From the IMG/VR virus record IMGVR_UViG_3300001282_000003: DNA of 64,000 nucleotides. One strand, given 5' to 3'. A program made the position numbers and the translations under genes. The notes beneath the pieces are model-generated. The model saw nothing but the letters and a program-made list of their open reading frames with translations, was not told the origin of the DNA and made no database searches. Source of the DNA: an uncultured virus (IMG/VR IMGVR_UViG_3300001282_000003). Its lineage: Duplodnaviria > Heunggongvirae > Uroviricota > Caudoviricetes. Below, one piece after another: positions 42,171-51,569 of the stretch; positions within the stretch are counted from its first letter, which is position 1; every line of letters starts with the position of its first letter.

Positions 42171-42260
42171 AAGCGAGAACACCGAGGAGCGAATTCGGTG
42201 TTCTCAATAGTCACCCGTTGGGGTTATAACTATTCCGGTCCTAAGTCGGATTAAATTTAT
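42168..42260 (-). ncRNA. putative structured small RNA with 17/19 nt complementarity to 23S rRNA helix 69
   Basis: GC-rich non-coding island downstream of TTAATATATA (42265..42274, minus); three stems, ending in the 11 bp hairpin GAGAACACCGA/TCGGTGTTCTC plus UUUU on the minus strand. Confidence 0.6.
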
Positions 42261-42337
42261 AAAGTATATATTAAACTTTATCTACTCTTAATCATAAAAC
42301 AAAAGTAAATTAATGTCCAACAAAACAAAATAAACAA

Positions 42338-42652
42338 ATGATTAAACACGAAATCAAAGTAGAGTTCTCTAACTCTGAAGCTCTTAAAACTATTATTCAA
42401 AAAGCCTACTTCGAACAAGGTCAGATGGGTAAGATTTTAGGAAAGAACCACTTTATCACAGTTGATGAAACAAAAGATGATGTGGCTTACACAATTTTCA
42501 AAGGACTAAACAGTGCTACAGCAAAGATAACAAATGAAGAAGTTATCGATGGTGCTATGAGATTTATGATTGATGAAACATCTGGTGAAATCAGACTTTA
42601 TCCAATCTCTATCTACTGTATTCAAGAAGAAGAAAAATACATCTTCTATTAA
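42338..42652 (+). CDS. hypothetical protein
   Basis: 104 aa ORF with an A-rich leader. Confidence 0.75.
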   Translation: MIKHEIKVEFSNSEALKTIIQKAYFEQGQMGKILGKNHFITVDETKDDVAYTIFKGLNSATAKITNEEVIDGAMRFMIDETSGEIRLYPISIYCIQEEEKYIFY

Positions 42653-42671
42653 AAAATCAAACAAATTTATT

Positions 42672-43742
42672 ATGGTTCATCCAGATTTTAATGACATCCT
42701 GATCACTCCGGCTGTTGTATCAACTATTCGATCAAGAAGTGAAATTAAAGCTTATCAAATGAGTATAGGTGAAACTCCTTGGTTACCTTTATTTGTATCT
42801 CCAATGGATACTGTTATTGGTTTAGACAATTGGGAGTTATATCTGAATAATAAAATGCCTATTTGTTTTCCAAGAGATATTAGACCAAATTCCTTTAATG
42901 AGGATGATAAAGGTTTACTATCAGCTTATAGTGATGTTATTTTCTTTTCTTACTCTTTAGAAGAAGCATCAGCAATGTGTGAGTGGTTAAATAGTAATAA
43001 AGATAACGATTTAGAGTTTAATATTTTAATTGATATTGCTAATGGTCATATGAAACATATGGTTGATGTAGTTGAAAGATTAAGAGAAAGAACTAAAGTT
43101 AAAATCATGGTTGGTAATATTGCTAACCCTCAAACTTATAAAGTTTTATCAGAAGCAGGTGCTGACTTTATTAGAGTTGGTATTGGATTTGGTGGTGGTT
43201 GTTTAACTGCTATGAATACTGGTGTGGGTTACTCAATGGCTCAGTTAGTTAAAGAATGTGCTGACTTAAAAGACCATATGGAATCTATGGGTGATAGAAC
43301 TGCTAGTATTGTTGCTGATGGTGGATTCCGTGAGTATTCGGATATCATCAAAGCTCTGGCTTTAGGTGCTGATTATGTTATGTTAGGATCTATCTTAAAC
43401 AAATGTCTTGAGTCTTCTGGTGATACTTATTGGAAAGGTATAAAGGTTTCTCCTAATATTGCTAATTTTCTTTGGAAACGTAAATTCAAATTAGAAAAGA
43501 AGTTCAGAGGTATGAGTACTAAAGAAGTTCAAAAGAAATGGGGTAAGTCAAAACTAACTACATCTGAAGGAGTTGTTCGTATGAGAACGGTTAAATACAC
43601 TTTAGAAGGTTGGACTGAGAACTTTGTTGATTACTTAAAATCTACGATGTCTTATACTAACAGTAGAACATTAAAAGATTTTATTGGAAATGTTAAGTGG
43701 ACTGTGATTTCACAGAATGCTTATAATAGATTCAACAAGTAA
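42672..43742 (+). CDS. guaC: GMP reductase/IMPDH family protein
   Basis: DFNDILI, SPMDTV, IDIANGH, GNIA, RVGIGFGGGCLT (catalytic Cys), ADGG, FRGMS, SEG; start moved to 42672. Confidence 0.8.
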   Translation: MVHPDFNDILITPAVVSTIRSRSEIKAYQMSIGETPWLPLFVSPMDTVIGLDNWELYLNNKMPICFPRDIRPNSFNEDDKGLLSAYSDVIFFSYSLEEASAMCEWLNSNKDNDLEFNILIDIANGHMKHMVDVVERLRERTKVKIMVGNIANPQTYKVLSEAGADFIRVGIGFGGGCLTAMNTGVGYSMAQLVKECADLKDHMESMGDRTASIVADGGFREYSDIIKALALGADYVMLGSILNKCLESSGDTYWKGIKVSPNIANFLWKRKFKLEKKFRGMSTKEVQKKWGKSKLTTSEGVVRMRTVKYTLEGWTENFVDYLKSTMSYTNSRTLKDFIGNVKWTVISQNAYNRFNK

Positions 43743-43743
43743 C

Positions 43744-43773
43744 AAAAAACCCACTCAACTGAGTGGGTTTTTT
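43744..43773. terminator. bidirectional terminator
   Basis: AAAAAACCCACTC-aact-GAGTGGGTTTTTT between convergent genes. Confidence 0.88.
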
Positions 43774-43797
43774 ATTGTATTTGTAATTTTACTTATT

Positions 43798-44598
43798 TTA
43801 TTTCTTAACCATGTAGAACCAACTTGATGTTGATTGTCCTTTTACTTCTTCTTCAACTTCTTTTACTTCTTCTTTGCCTTGAGATACTAAATCTGCGGCA
43901 TTAATTTTAACACCACCAGGTAAAGTATAATCATAACGACCAACTAAATTACCTAATTGTTGTTTACAATATCCAGTAACATACTTAAAGAATAAATCAT
44001 CTTTAAATAAATTCTCTTGTGGAATATTAGCATAAGCTTCCATAATAACGTTATGTTTAACATTAGTTAAGATATGTAGTCTGTGATTTAATTGGTTGAA
44101 TTGATACCTTAGCGTATATTTATTCATTTGATTTAACATATCAGACATTGAGTCTAATACAGTTTTATAAACCCCTAACTCACCAATAGTAGTAACATAT
44201 GATGATAAGTAAGGTTGATTAGTAACACCTAAGTTAACCGATAAATTAGGAGTGTTTATACCCAATTGAAATAAGCTATCACCTCTAACTTCATAAAGAT
44301 AAACCACGGTTTGAATTTCACAAGGTACATTTACATAATTATATTTAGTAAACTCTTCTTCAAAAAAAGCTTGTTTATCAATAAAGTAATATAATTTTTG
44401 AACAGCGTATTGGTAACTACGATAAAACCAAGGTAGTGCTCTAGTTTCAATAATTTGTCTGATATTAGCATCAGGTAAAGTTTTTGGCAAAGCACAAGAA
44501 ATAGTTAATTCATTTTGAACTAAGTCAACTAACTCCTCGATTGTATATCCACCTTGGTAAGGCACATAAGCATCACCTAATCTATTTACATCTGACAT
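43798..44598 (-). CDS. neck/head-tail connector protein, T4 gp13-like
   Basis: C-terminal KQQLG...TLPGGVKINA..L...GKEE resembles gp13; start moved to ATG 44598 downstream of TTAATATATA (44619..44628). Confidence 0.75.
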   Translation of the reverse strand: MSDVNRLGDAYVPYQGGYTIEELVDLVQNELTISCALPKTLPDANIRQIIETRALPWFYRSYQYAVQKLYYFIDKQAFFEEEFTKYNYVNVPCEIQTVVYLYEVRGDSLFQLGINTPNLSVNLGVTNQPYLSSYVTTIGELGVYKTVLDSMSDMLNQMNKYTLRYQFNQLNHRLHILTNVKHNVIMEAYANIPQENLFKDDLFFKYVTGYCKQQLGNLVGRYDYTLPGGVKINAADLVSQGKEEVKEVEEEVKGQSTSSWFYMVKK

Positions 44599-44628
44599 AA
44601 AATTATATTTATTTTGTTTATATATTAA

Positions 44629-44660
44629 TTTGGACAATCCACTTATTTTCCTTATCTTTG
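44629..44660 (+). promoter_or_regulatory. Bacteroidota sigma-A type promoter
   Basis: TTTG 44629 - 20 nt - TATCTTTG 44653. Confidence 0.75.
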
Positions 44661-44692
44661 TATAACAAAACAAACAAATAATCACTACGGCT

Positions 44693-44881
44693 ATGAAAAA
44701 CGGTAAAATTATAAATCTTGGTAAATTCACAAAAGAGGATGCTATGAAAGCTAACAGAATGGCTGGTCGTGAAATTGATTTAATTAATTCTACTGGCTGG
44801 GTTGCTACTCATAAAGCTCATAAATCTGTAAAAGATTACACAAGAAAACCTAAGCATAAAAAAGCTATTCTTATTGACTAG
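44693..44881 (+). CDS. small basic protein with ArfA-like tail (KDYTRKPKHK)
   Basis: 62 aa, behind a host-type promoter; YxRKxKH motif. Confidence 0.6.
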   Translation: MKNGKIINLGKFTKEDAMKANRMAGREIDLINSTGWVATHKAHKSVKDYTRKPKHKKAILID

Positions 44882-45626
44882 TTAAGGATTGTCTTATAAA
44901 GTAAGAAAGTGGTGTTTTGTTTAGTATTTCGGACTCAGTTAGATTTTCAGCTTCCTTATAAACACTATTCGTAAGAATAATTAATGGTTGAAATTCTCTT
45001 ACTAAATTTTCCCAATTTTCATAAGGTTTTGTTAGATACTCTTGTTTTTGTATTTTCCAACTTACTGGATACATATTTTCATCACCATCATAGAATTTAT
45101 AATTCTTATACAAATATGGTTCATTATCAGTAAACTTTTTTAAAATATCATTTCCGATTTCTTCCCAAGATATTTTATTTTGTTTCTGATTTAATATATT
45201 AGTTAATGATTGAGACCATTTATGAAAAAGTTCTGTACCTGGTATAGTTCCTAATATTCCATTACAAAGTTTTTTATTGTACTTATCATCAGATTGAAGT
45301 ATAAAAAATCCATCCTGATTCTTGATTATATCAAACAATGAACTCAAATCGTTCATAACTACAGTGTCACTATCTAACCAAATACCTCCATATTTATATA
45401 AAATATTAACTCTTATAAAATCTGCCTGGTGTGCTGGATGTAAGTTAAAAAAATAACTTGGAACCTCATCTAAATAATTTAAGATATTATTTTGGTTCAA
45501 TAAGTGAACTTTATAGTTTATGCCATTATTAGAGTGATGATAAATAAGACCTCTTAAAAACTTTATTAACTTATAATCAAATCCCGTCCAATATAAAAAA
45601 ACGTTATTCTCAAATTTATCAACCAT
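44871..45626 (-). CDS. GT32/capsular polysaccharide synthesis DxD glycosyltransferase
   Basis: HQADFIRVNILYKYGGIWLDSD. Confidence 0.85.
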   Translation of the reverse strand: MVDKFENNVFLYWTGFDYKLIKFLRGLIYHHSNNGINYKVHLLNQNNILNYLDEVPSYFFNLHPAHQADFIRVNILYKYGGIWLDSDTVVMNDLSSLFDIIKNQDGFFILQSDDKYNKKLCNGILGTIPGTELFHKWSQSLTNILNQKQNKISWEEIGNDILKKFTDNEPYLYKNYKFYDGDENMYPVSWKIQKQEYLTKPYENWENLVREFQPLIILTNSVYKEAENLTESEILNKTPLSYFIRQSLTSQ

Positions 45627-46684
45627 TAAACTGTAAAGTTTTTAGATGATTTTAACTTTTCAAGGGTATATTTTTCATCAAGTTCAATCTTCTTAGGAAT
45701 CTTAATTGATATCTTTATATAAAGGTCACCTAAGCCATATTGAATATCTGGAATACCTTTACCACTCATTCTGATAACTTTACCATGTTCAGTTCCTGGT
45801 TCAATTGTTACAGATATTTCACCGTGTGGTGTTTTAACTTTTACATTTGATCCAATAATAGCATCAATGACTGAAATGGTTTTCTCAACAATAATATTGT
45901 TATTTTCTCTTTTGAAAGAGTAATCATTCAATTCCTCAATAACAATATGTAAATCTCCTGGTTGACCATTTCTAACATGATTACCAAATCCTGGCATTGA
46001 TAATTGCATGCCATTAGATACACCTGCTGGGATATCAACATCAACAGTTTGTTCTTTAAAAACTGTACCATCACCTTTACAGTCTTTACATTTATTATGG
46101 ACTTGTTGACCACTACCACCACAATCTGGACAAGAGGTAGCTTGTCTTATTTGACCAAATGGTGTGTTTTGAACAACTGTTCTTTGACCTGAGCCATTAC
46201 AAGGAATACAATTTCTAACATCTGTACCACCTTTACCATCACAAGTTCCACACTTATCTTGTCTTTTATATTTTAATTTCTTAGAGACACCTTTAAGAAT
46301 TTCATCAATTGTTAAACTAACTTTAATTCTCAAATTAGAGCCTCTACTTTGTGGTTTTTGTCCACCACCATACCTTTGGTTAAAAGAGTTGCCAAAGATA
46401 TCTCCAAAATTACTGAATATATCTTCCATATTAAATCCGCCACCACCAAATGGATTTCCACCGCCACCATTTGCCGATCCAAATCTATCATAGTTAGATT
46501 TTTTATCTGGTGTTGATAAAACATCATAAGCTTCAGCCGCTTCTTTGAATTTAGACTCTGCTTCTGGATTATCAGGATTTTTGTCTGGATGAAACTTCAT
46601 TGCCATCTTACGATAAGCTTTTTTAATTTCATCTTCTGAAGCGTTTCTATCAACGCCTAATACATTGTAATAATCTTTACTCAT
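45626..46684 (-). CDS. dnaJ: chaperone DnaJ
   Basis: J domain with HPDKN, G/F region, four CxxCxGxG repeats. Confidence 0.97.
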   Translation of the reverse strand: MSKDYYNVLGVDRNASEDEIKKAYRKMAMKFHPDKNPDNPEAESKFKEAAEAYDVLSTPDKKSNYDRFGSANGGGGNPFGGGGFNMEDIFSNFGDIFGNSFNQRYGGGQKPQSRGSNLRIKVSLTIDEILKGVSKKLKYKRQDKCGTCDGKGGTDVRNCIPCNGSGQRTVVQNTPFGQIRQATSCPDCGGSGQQVHNKCKDCKGDGTVFKEQTVDVDIPAGVSNGMQLSMPGFGNHVRNGQPGDLHIVIEELNDYSFKRENNNIIVEKTISVIDAIIGSNVKVKTPHGEISVTIEPGTEHGKVIRMSGKGIPDIQYGLGDLYIKISIKIPKKIELDEKYTLEKLKSSKNFTV

Positions 46685-46995
46685 GTTAATATTTGTCTTA
46701 TTTTTGATTCTCTATATATTTGTATGGGTGTTTCGGTCAGTTTTATAGTTACCCATCTGTTATAATTTATTATAAACTCACTATTATAAACTTTGGCTGT
46801 CATAATTGGAAGTTCTTCGATTATTTCTTTGAAGATAGTATTAGCATCTTCTAATTTCCAATCTTTCATATCAGTTAGTCTATTACAGAAATAATCCATA
46901 CAAGGTGAAGCAGTGTCTATAACATTTCCTAAATACTTATCGCCTTTGAATCCCTCTGGAGCCGAGTCTGATATTTCAACATACCAATCCGTCAT
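46681..46995 (-). CDS. hypothetical protein with C-terminal [10 protein letters not shown] tag
   Basis: In the grpE-dnaJ operon; shared C-terminal motif. Confidence 0.75.
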   Translation of the reverse strand: MTDWYVEISDSAPEGFKGDKYLGNVIDTASPCMDYFCNRLTDMKDWKLEDANTIFKEIIEELPIMTAKVYNSEFIINYNRWVTIKLTETPIQIYRESKIRQILT

Positions 46996-47579
46996 AACAA
47001 ATCATCTTTATTTTCTTCAAAGATTTGATTTATAGTTTCTTCTCTTTTATATTGTTTTAACATACCTTCAATTGCTTGTTCGTGATCTTCAATGTCTAGA
47101 ACTTTTTGAACTAAACTAGCAACATAATTATCAACAATTAGAGTTAATGTTTCGGCAGTTCTATCGATATGTTCAAAATGTTGAAGACAATCTTTTGATT
47201 TAATAAACATATCAATTAGATAATCAATAAATTCATCAGCATTGAAGAACATAGTAAATAGTTTATATCTATGTCCATTATTATATCCTGTTTCTTTGAA
47301 AAGTGTTGGTGGGTCAATAAAGACCTTACCAAATACTCTTCTAATTGCCGGTAGTACTAAATCTAAAGTTTCATCTTCTTCGAGATATAAAGCTCCTTTG
47401 AATTCCTCTCTATCAAATAAATAATATTTTTCATCAACAACATATTCTAATAAAGACTTAAACGAATGAAGATGTTGACTAGATATTCCTTGACATAAAG
47501 CGTCAATGATAGCTTTTTTATATTGTTCATCTTTATAAAGATCTAAGAAGCTTTTTTTATTCTCTACTTTATTTGACAT
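46992..47579 (-). CDS. hypothetical protein with C-terminal KREETINQIF tag
   Basis: In the grpE-dnaJ operon; internal LPAIRRVFGK. Confidence 0.75.
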   Translation of the reverse strand: MSNKVENKKSFLDLYKDEQYKKAIIDALCQGISSQHLHSFKSLLEYVVDEKYYLFDREEFKGALYLEEDETLDLVLPAIRRVFGKVFIDPPTLFKETGYNNGHRYKLFTMFFNADEFIDYLIDMFIKSKDCLQHFEHIDRTAETLTLIVDNYVASLVQKVLDIEDHEQAIEGMLKQYKREETINQIFEENKDDLL

Positions 47580-48028
47580 TATTGACTAATAACAATTTTT
47601 GGATGTCTGAAAGGTTTACCATTTAATGAATAACCTTTACTAACAACATCAACAACACCTGGTTTACCAGTTGGAATTACACTAATAACTTCATGTAACT
47701 CATCATCATAAGTTTCAGTTTGAATAGTTTCAATACCTTGTGATTTCAAGAAGTTCTCAAGTTTTTGAGCAATAAGTTGAACTCCTTCTTTTGCTGATTC
47801 ATCTTTGATGTTTTTAATAGCAATAGCCACATCATTGTCCATATCAAGAATAGAAGAAACCATATTTACTTTAGTATTAAATCTGATTTCTTCTTTATCT
47901 TTTTGAACTCTTCTTTTGTAATTTTCAAATTCAGCATAAAGACGAACATACTTATCTTCAGCTTCTGCCAACTTTTCAACTAAATCTTTTTCCTGAATTT
48001 GTTCGTTTTCAATTTGATTTTCTTCCAT
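47579..48028 (-). CDS. grpE: nucleotide exchange factor GrpE
   Basis: RLYAEFENYKRR, LHEVIS, VVSKGY.LNGK..RHPKIV. Confidence 0.93.
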   Translation of the reverse strand: MEENQIENEQIQEKDLVEKLAEAEDKYVRLYAEFENYKRRVQKDKEEIRFNTKVNMVSSILDMDNDVAIAIKNIKDESAKEGVQLIAQKLENFLKSQGIETIQTETYDDELHEVISVIPTGKPGVVDVVSKGYSLNGKPFRHPKIVISQ

Positions 48029-48032
48029 AGTA

Positions 48033-48518
48033 TTAATAATTAAATTTTAATAGTTTTCTTACATTGTTTGAGTTATAAAACTCATAGGTTACATTTTTGT
48101 CTACAATCTTATGTATTTCAAGTTTTTCAACTTCTATCTTCATAATTTCAACATAATCAACTAACTCTTTTAGAGATCTTGACCAATTTGAATTTGGTTC
48201 CCAATAATCAGGAAACTTATCTACGAATTTATCAATAGCAAAGTCAAATGTTTTCTTTCTAACAAGTAAGTATTCTTTTTCTTTAATGGATTTGTTTGTT
48301 AAAAACTCCATAATATAAGAATTGAATTTGTGAATAAGATTATCTGTTTCAATTAACTTTAACAAACCTATTACTAAAGCATCTCTTTCTGAGAGTTCCA
48401 TTTCGGCATTTTCTTTTAATAATTTTTCTGCTTCTTTCTCAGAACCGACGATGTAATATACATAGTGGTCCCATAAACACATCCTTACAATATCTTCTGG
48501 ATAAATTTTTATATTCAT
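48033..48518 (-). CDS. hypothetical protein
   Basis: 161 aa first gene of the grpE/dnaJ operon. Confidence 0.75.
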   Translation of the reverse strand: MNIKIYPEDIVRMCLWDHYVYYIVGSEKEAEKLLKENAEMELSERDALVIGLLKLIETDNLIHKFNSYIMEFLTNKSIKEKEYLLVRKKTFDFAIDKFVDKFPDYWEPNSNWSRSLKELVDYVEIMKIEVEKLEIHKIVDKNVTYEFYNSNNVRKLLKFNY

Positions 48519-48738
48519 TTATATAATTTATTTTTTAATTATAGTCTATCACTGACATAAAGTTTTCTACTTTATCTAAATAGAAAATTAAGTCTGGATA
48601 ATAGACTACACCATAGTTTTAGAAAAACTTTTAAAAAAGTTGAAAATTATTTAAAAAAACAAGAAAAATTGTTAAAAAATGTAATATATAATCTCACTTT
48701 TACTACCGTAAAAGACAAAAAAATCAATATTTAATGAA

Positions 48739-48969
48739 TTGAAAAACATTGTTAATTCAGAAGTGGATACCCCTGACGGCAAAGCCACTCTAAAGGAAAT
48801 CTATGTAACAGAATTAGGTTACATAATGGCAAAAGTTTACTACCCAAAAAAAGGTGTTTATGTTAATCACAAAATTGGGTATCTTAAAAACCTACTAAAA
48901 TCAGATGGATTGAATTTAGTATCTGAATGGACAGAACATATAGTATTAGAAGAAAAGTTGGTTAAATAA
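48739..48969 (+). CDS. hypothetical protein
   Basis: 76 aa with TTG start; TAATATATA at 48682; followed by a hairpin. Confidence 0.6.
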   Translation: MKNIVNSEVDTPDGKATLKEIYVTELGYIMAKVYYPKKGVYVNHKIGYLKNLLKSDGLNLVSEWTEHIVLEEKLVK

Positions 48970-49027
48970 CCAACTTTCTTTTTTTTAAATAACTTTTTTT
49001 ATATATTTGCTGGATATATAAGGTAAT

Positions 49028-49216
49028 ATGGAACTTGAAAATAAAATTGAATTAAACAAACAAATTAGAGGTTACAAGGGAACAAACACTTTTGTAATTT
49101 CTTTACAGAAACAACTTAAAACAAATAAGTATTTATCTAAAGTAGAATGGAAAGATAAAGAAGTTAAGATTTTAAGTGACAAACAATACGAAGCAGCAAT
49201 TAGTGCTTTAGCATAA
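49028..49216 (+). CDS. hypothetical protein
   Basis: 62 aa, preceded by TATATTTG and followed by the GACCCTA/TAGGGTC hairpin. Confidence 0.65.
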   Translation: MELENKIELNKQIRGYKGTNTFVISLQKQLKTNKYLSKVEWKDKEVKILSDKQYEAAISALA

Positions 49217-49263
49217 AAAAAGACCCTAATAACTAGGGTCCTTTTTATTTAGATTAACGGCAA

Positions 49264-51444
49264 TTAATCGGTTATTGTAACTAAGTGATCTTCTGTTTCA
49301 CCTGATTGAAATTTACTACAAGGCGTTAAATATTTACCCCATAAGCCTCCACCTAATACTAATCTAAGACAAGTAACTCCCGGTATAACATTTAATGGTA
49401 TTGTTATAGTTCCTGTTATATGTTTAGGTCCGGTCACACCATCAACTTGTAAAACCTTTTCGTTATCATCAAATACACCATTTTGATTAAAGTCTATCCA
49501 ACCACCAACTGAAGCTGTATAATACGGTGAAGGTGGTATATCACAATCATTATCATAAATATCAAATGAGTATGTATTGCCCTTTTTTAGTGTAGTGAAT
49601 GAACCGTTTGGCTTAAAGTCTGAGTATTCATTTAAATAGGATTTATCACCTGGTGCTTGTTTATCACAAGTTAGACCAACCTTTACTCCATTTAACGTGA
49701 AGTCTATAATTTCTTCATCAGCCTGACCACCAGCACCAGACTCACAATAACAATCAGTAAACTTATTTAAATCAATTAAAATTGACTCTGTTTCTTTTAA
49801 TACATCACCACATTTAACCTTACAAATAAAAGTAGTAGGTTCAGATACAACTGGTTCATAAAAAAAATCAGTAGATCCACTTACCACTTGACCATTTTTA
49901 ATCCATTGATAACTATCACCTGCTATAGATGGGTAAAGTAATAAACTACTGCCTTTACAAACTTTAGTATCGCTACTTATTATTTTAGGAGTATTATCAC
50001 AATTAACATCACTAACTAAATTAATTGTGTAGTCCTCAGTTTCTCCAAAAGCATAAGATCCACATGATGAAATTGCGTTTTGCGTTTCGTTCACAATAAC
50101 TCTAACTCCTGTTATACCTGGTTGTGATGTAACTGGAATTTTAATAAAACCTTTTCTGACATTGGCAGTTGGACCATAAACAACAGGTGATAAATAAATT
50201 TGTTCACTATCCTCAAATATCCCATTTCTATTAATATCTATAAAAATAGCGGCACGATTATAAGCACCGTTAGTACCACATAATGATGTTTCAACAATAA
50301 ATGGAACACTAGAACCAATTTTAATATCTGTAGGTTTATCATCTCTGTAATTTGAGTATAAAGATTTTTTTGATCCTTCACCGGGTGCTAAATCACCACA
50401 GTCTCCAGCTCTAACTCCAAATATAACACTAGTACCAACACTGGATTTTTTATCTAAATTACCTAATTTGAAATGTGTTATCTCTTCATCTGTTGGTGAT
50501 TGAGCCGTACTTGGACAATAACAATTATAAAAAGGATTAATTGGTATTTTTATAATATTTGTATAAGTAACAAGACTACCACAGCTAACCTTACATCTAT
50601 AATATGTCTCGGTTGTTTGTGATGTAATTACTGATGAACTATTACCAATAGAAACGGCATCATTGAAAGATAAACTATTTGATTTCTGCCAGTCATATGA
50701 TATACCACCTTCGGCTATTTTATTAGTCAATGAAAGTGTGAATTGTTGGTTTGGACAAACAACATTATTCGTTGAAACAGCTAAACCTGTATTAGGTAAT
50801 TTTGAACACATGTTAGGAGCTGTATATGTTATTCTAATTGTTGGTTTTAGAGAACCAGATGTTGGTAGTAGCAAAGCATCTTGTGGTATTAATACTGGAC
50901 TTGTTACCTGAATAGCTTTACCAACAGAGGCTTTTTGATAGAAAGTTAATGGTCCAACACATGTTCCCACTTTAGCCCAATCTGTTAGTATAGATAAGCT
51001 TCCTCCTTCATAGATAAAACCAGATGAGAATGGACAAGGTATCCAATAGTTTGTTGTAGCTGGGAATTCCATTTTATCAGTTGAGAAAACTGTTTGTGAG
51101 TTTTGTAAAAATTCTGAATAATTAGCAGACGTACCCATTGTTGTTTTAGATGTATTAGAAATAATAACATTGAATTTATTATTACCGGTAGCAGTCGCGT
51201 TATTTGCTTTTAGCCATTCCACTTTTGTAATGGTTGATCCAGATGGAATGTTTAATTCATCTTTAGTGTAAAGATAAGCAGACTTAGAATATTTTGCGGT
51301 CTGAGCAGTAACTCTTTGATAGATAGGACCTGTTTGATAGGATGAAGCACCAGAGATTGGCCCAATTGTTACACTTTGGGCAAGACAAGTGTTGATAGTT
51401 AGTATTGATAGTATCAATACCATAAGTTGTTTAATTTTTCTCAT
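49264..51444 (-). CDS. secreted Bacteroidota-type protein with two GEVED domains
   Basis: Signal peptide MRKIKQLMVLILSILTINTCLAQ; repeats YC.S...EEI..F.L and (F/W)ID.N.NG.F.D.E...GETED. Confidence 0.85.
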   Translation of the reverse strand: MRKIKQLMVLILSILTINTCLAQSVTIGPISGASSYQTGPIYQRVTAQTAKYSKSAYLYTKDELNIPSGSTITKVEWLKANNATATGNNKFNVIISNTSKTTMGTSANYSEFLQNSQTVFSTDKMEFPATTNYWIPCPFSSGFIYEGGSLSILTDWAKVGTCVGPLTFYQKASVGKAIQVTSPVLIPQDALLLPTSGSLKPTIRITYTAPNMCSKLPNTGLAVSTNNVVCPNQQFTLSLTNKIAEGGISYDWQKSNSLSFNDAVSIGNSSSVITSQTTETYYRCKVSCGSLVTYTNIIKIPINPFYNCYCPSTAQSPTDEEITHFKLGNLDKKSSVGTSVIFGVRAGDCGDLAPGEGSKKSLYSNYRDDKPTDIKIGSSVPFIVETSLCGTNGAYNRAAIFIDINRNGIFEDSEQIYLSPVVYGPTANVRKGFIKIPVTSQPGITGVRVIVNETQNAISSCGSYAFGETEDYTINLVSDVNCDNTPKIISSDTKVCKGSSLLLYPSIAGDSYQWIKNGQVVSGSTDFFYEPVVSEPTTFICKVKCGDVLKETESILIDLNKFTDCYCESGAGGQADEEIIDFTLNGVKVGLTCDKQAPGDKSYLNEYSDFKPNGSFTTLKKGNTYSFDIYDNDCDIPPSPYYTASVGGWIDFNQNGVFDDNEKVLQVDGVTGPKHITGTITIPLNVIPGVTCLRLVLGGGLWGKYLTPCSKFQSGETEDHLVTITD

Positions 51445-51569
51445 AACGTTTTTATTTTTATATAATAATATAACTAGTTCATAACCAGTTATTTACTCGT
51501 TAAAATAATGTTAATAAGCTGTAAATCAATGTAGGTCTATAAATAAAAAAAGACCCGTTAAGGTCTTTT

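Noticed and set aside
42175..42205. Hairpin as simply the terminator of plus-strand ORF 41772..42170
   Set aside because: No U tract follows on the plus strand, while GCUUUU follows on the minus strand; a dual role is not excluded
48519..48738. AT-rich intergenic region with short inverted repeats (TAGTCTAT/ATAGACTA) as a replication origin
   Set aside because: No iterons; explained by divergent promoters
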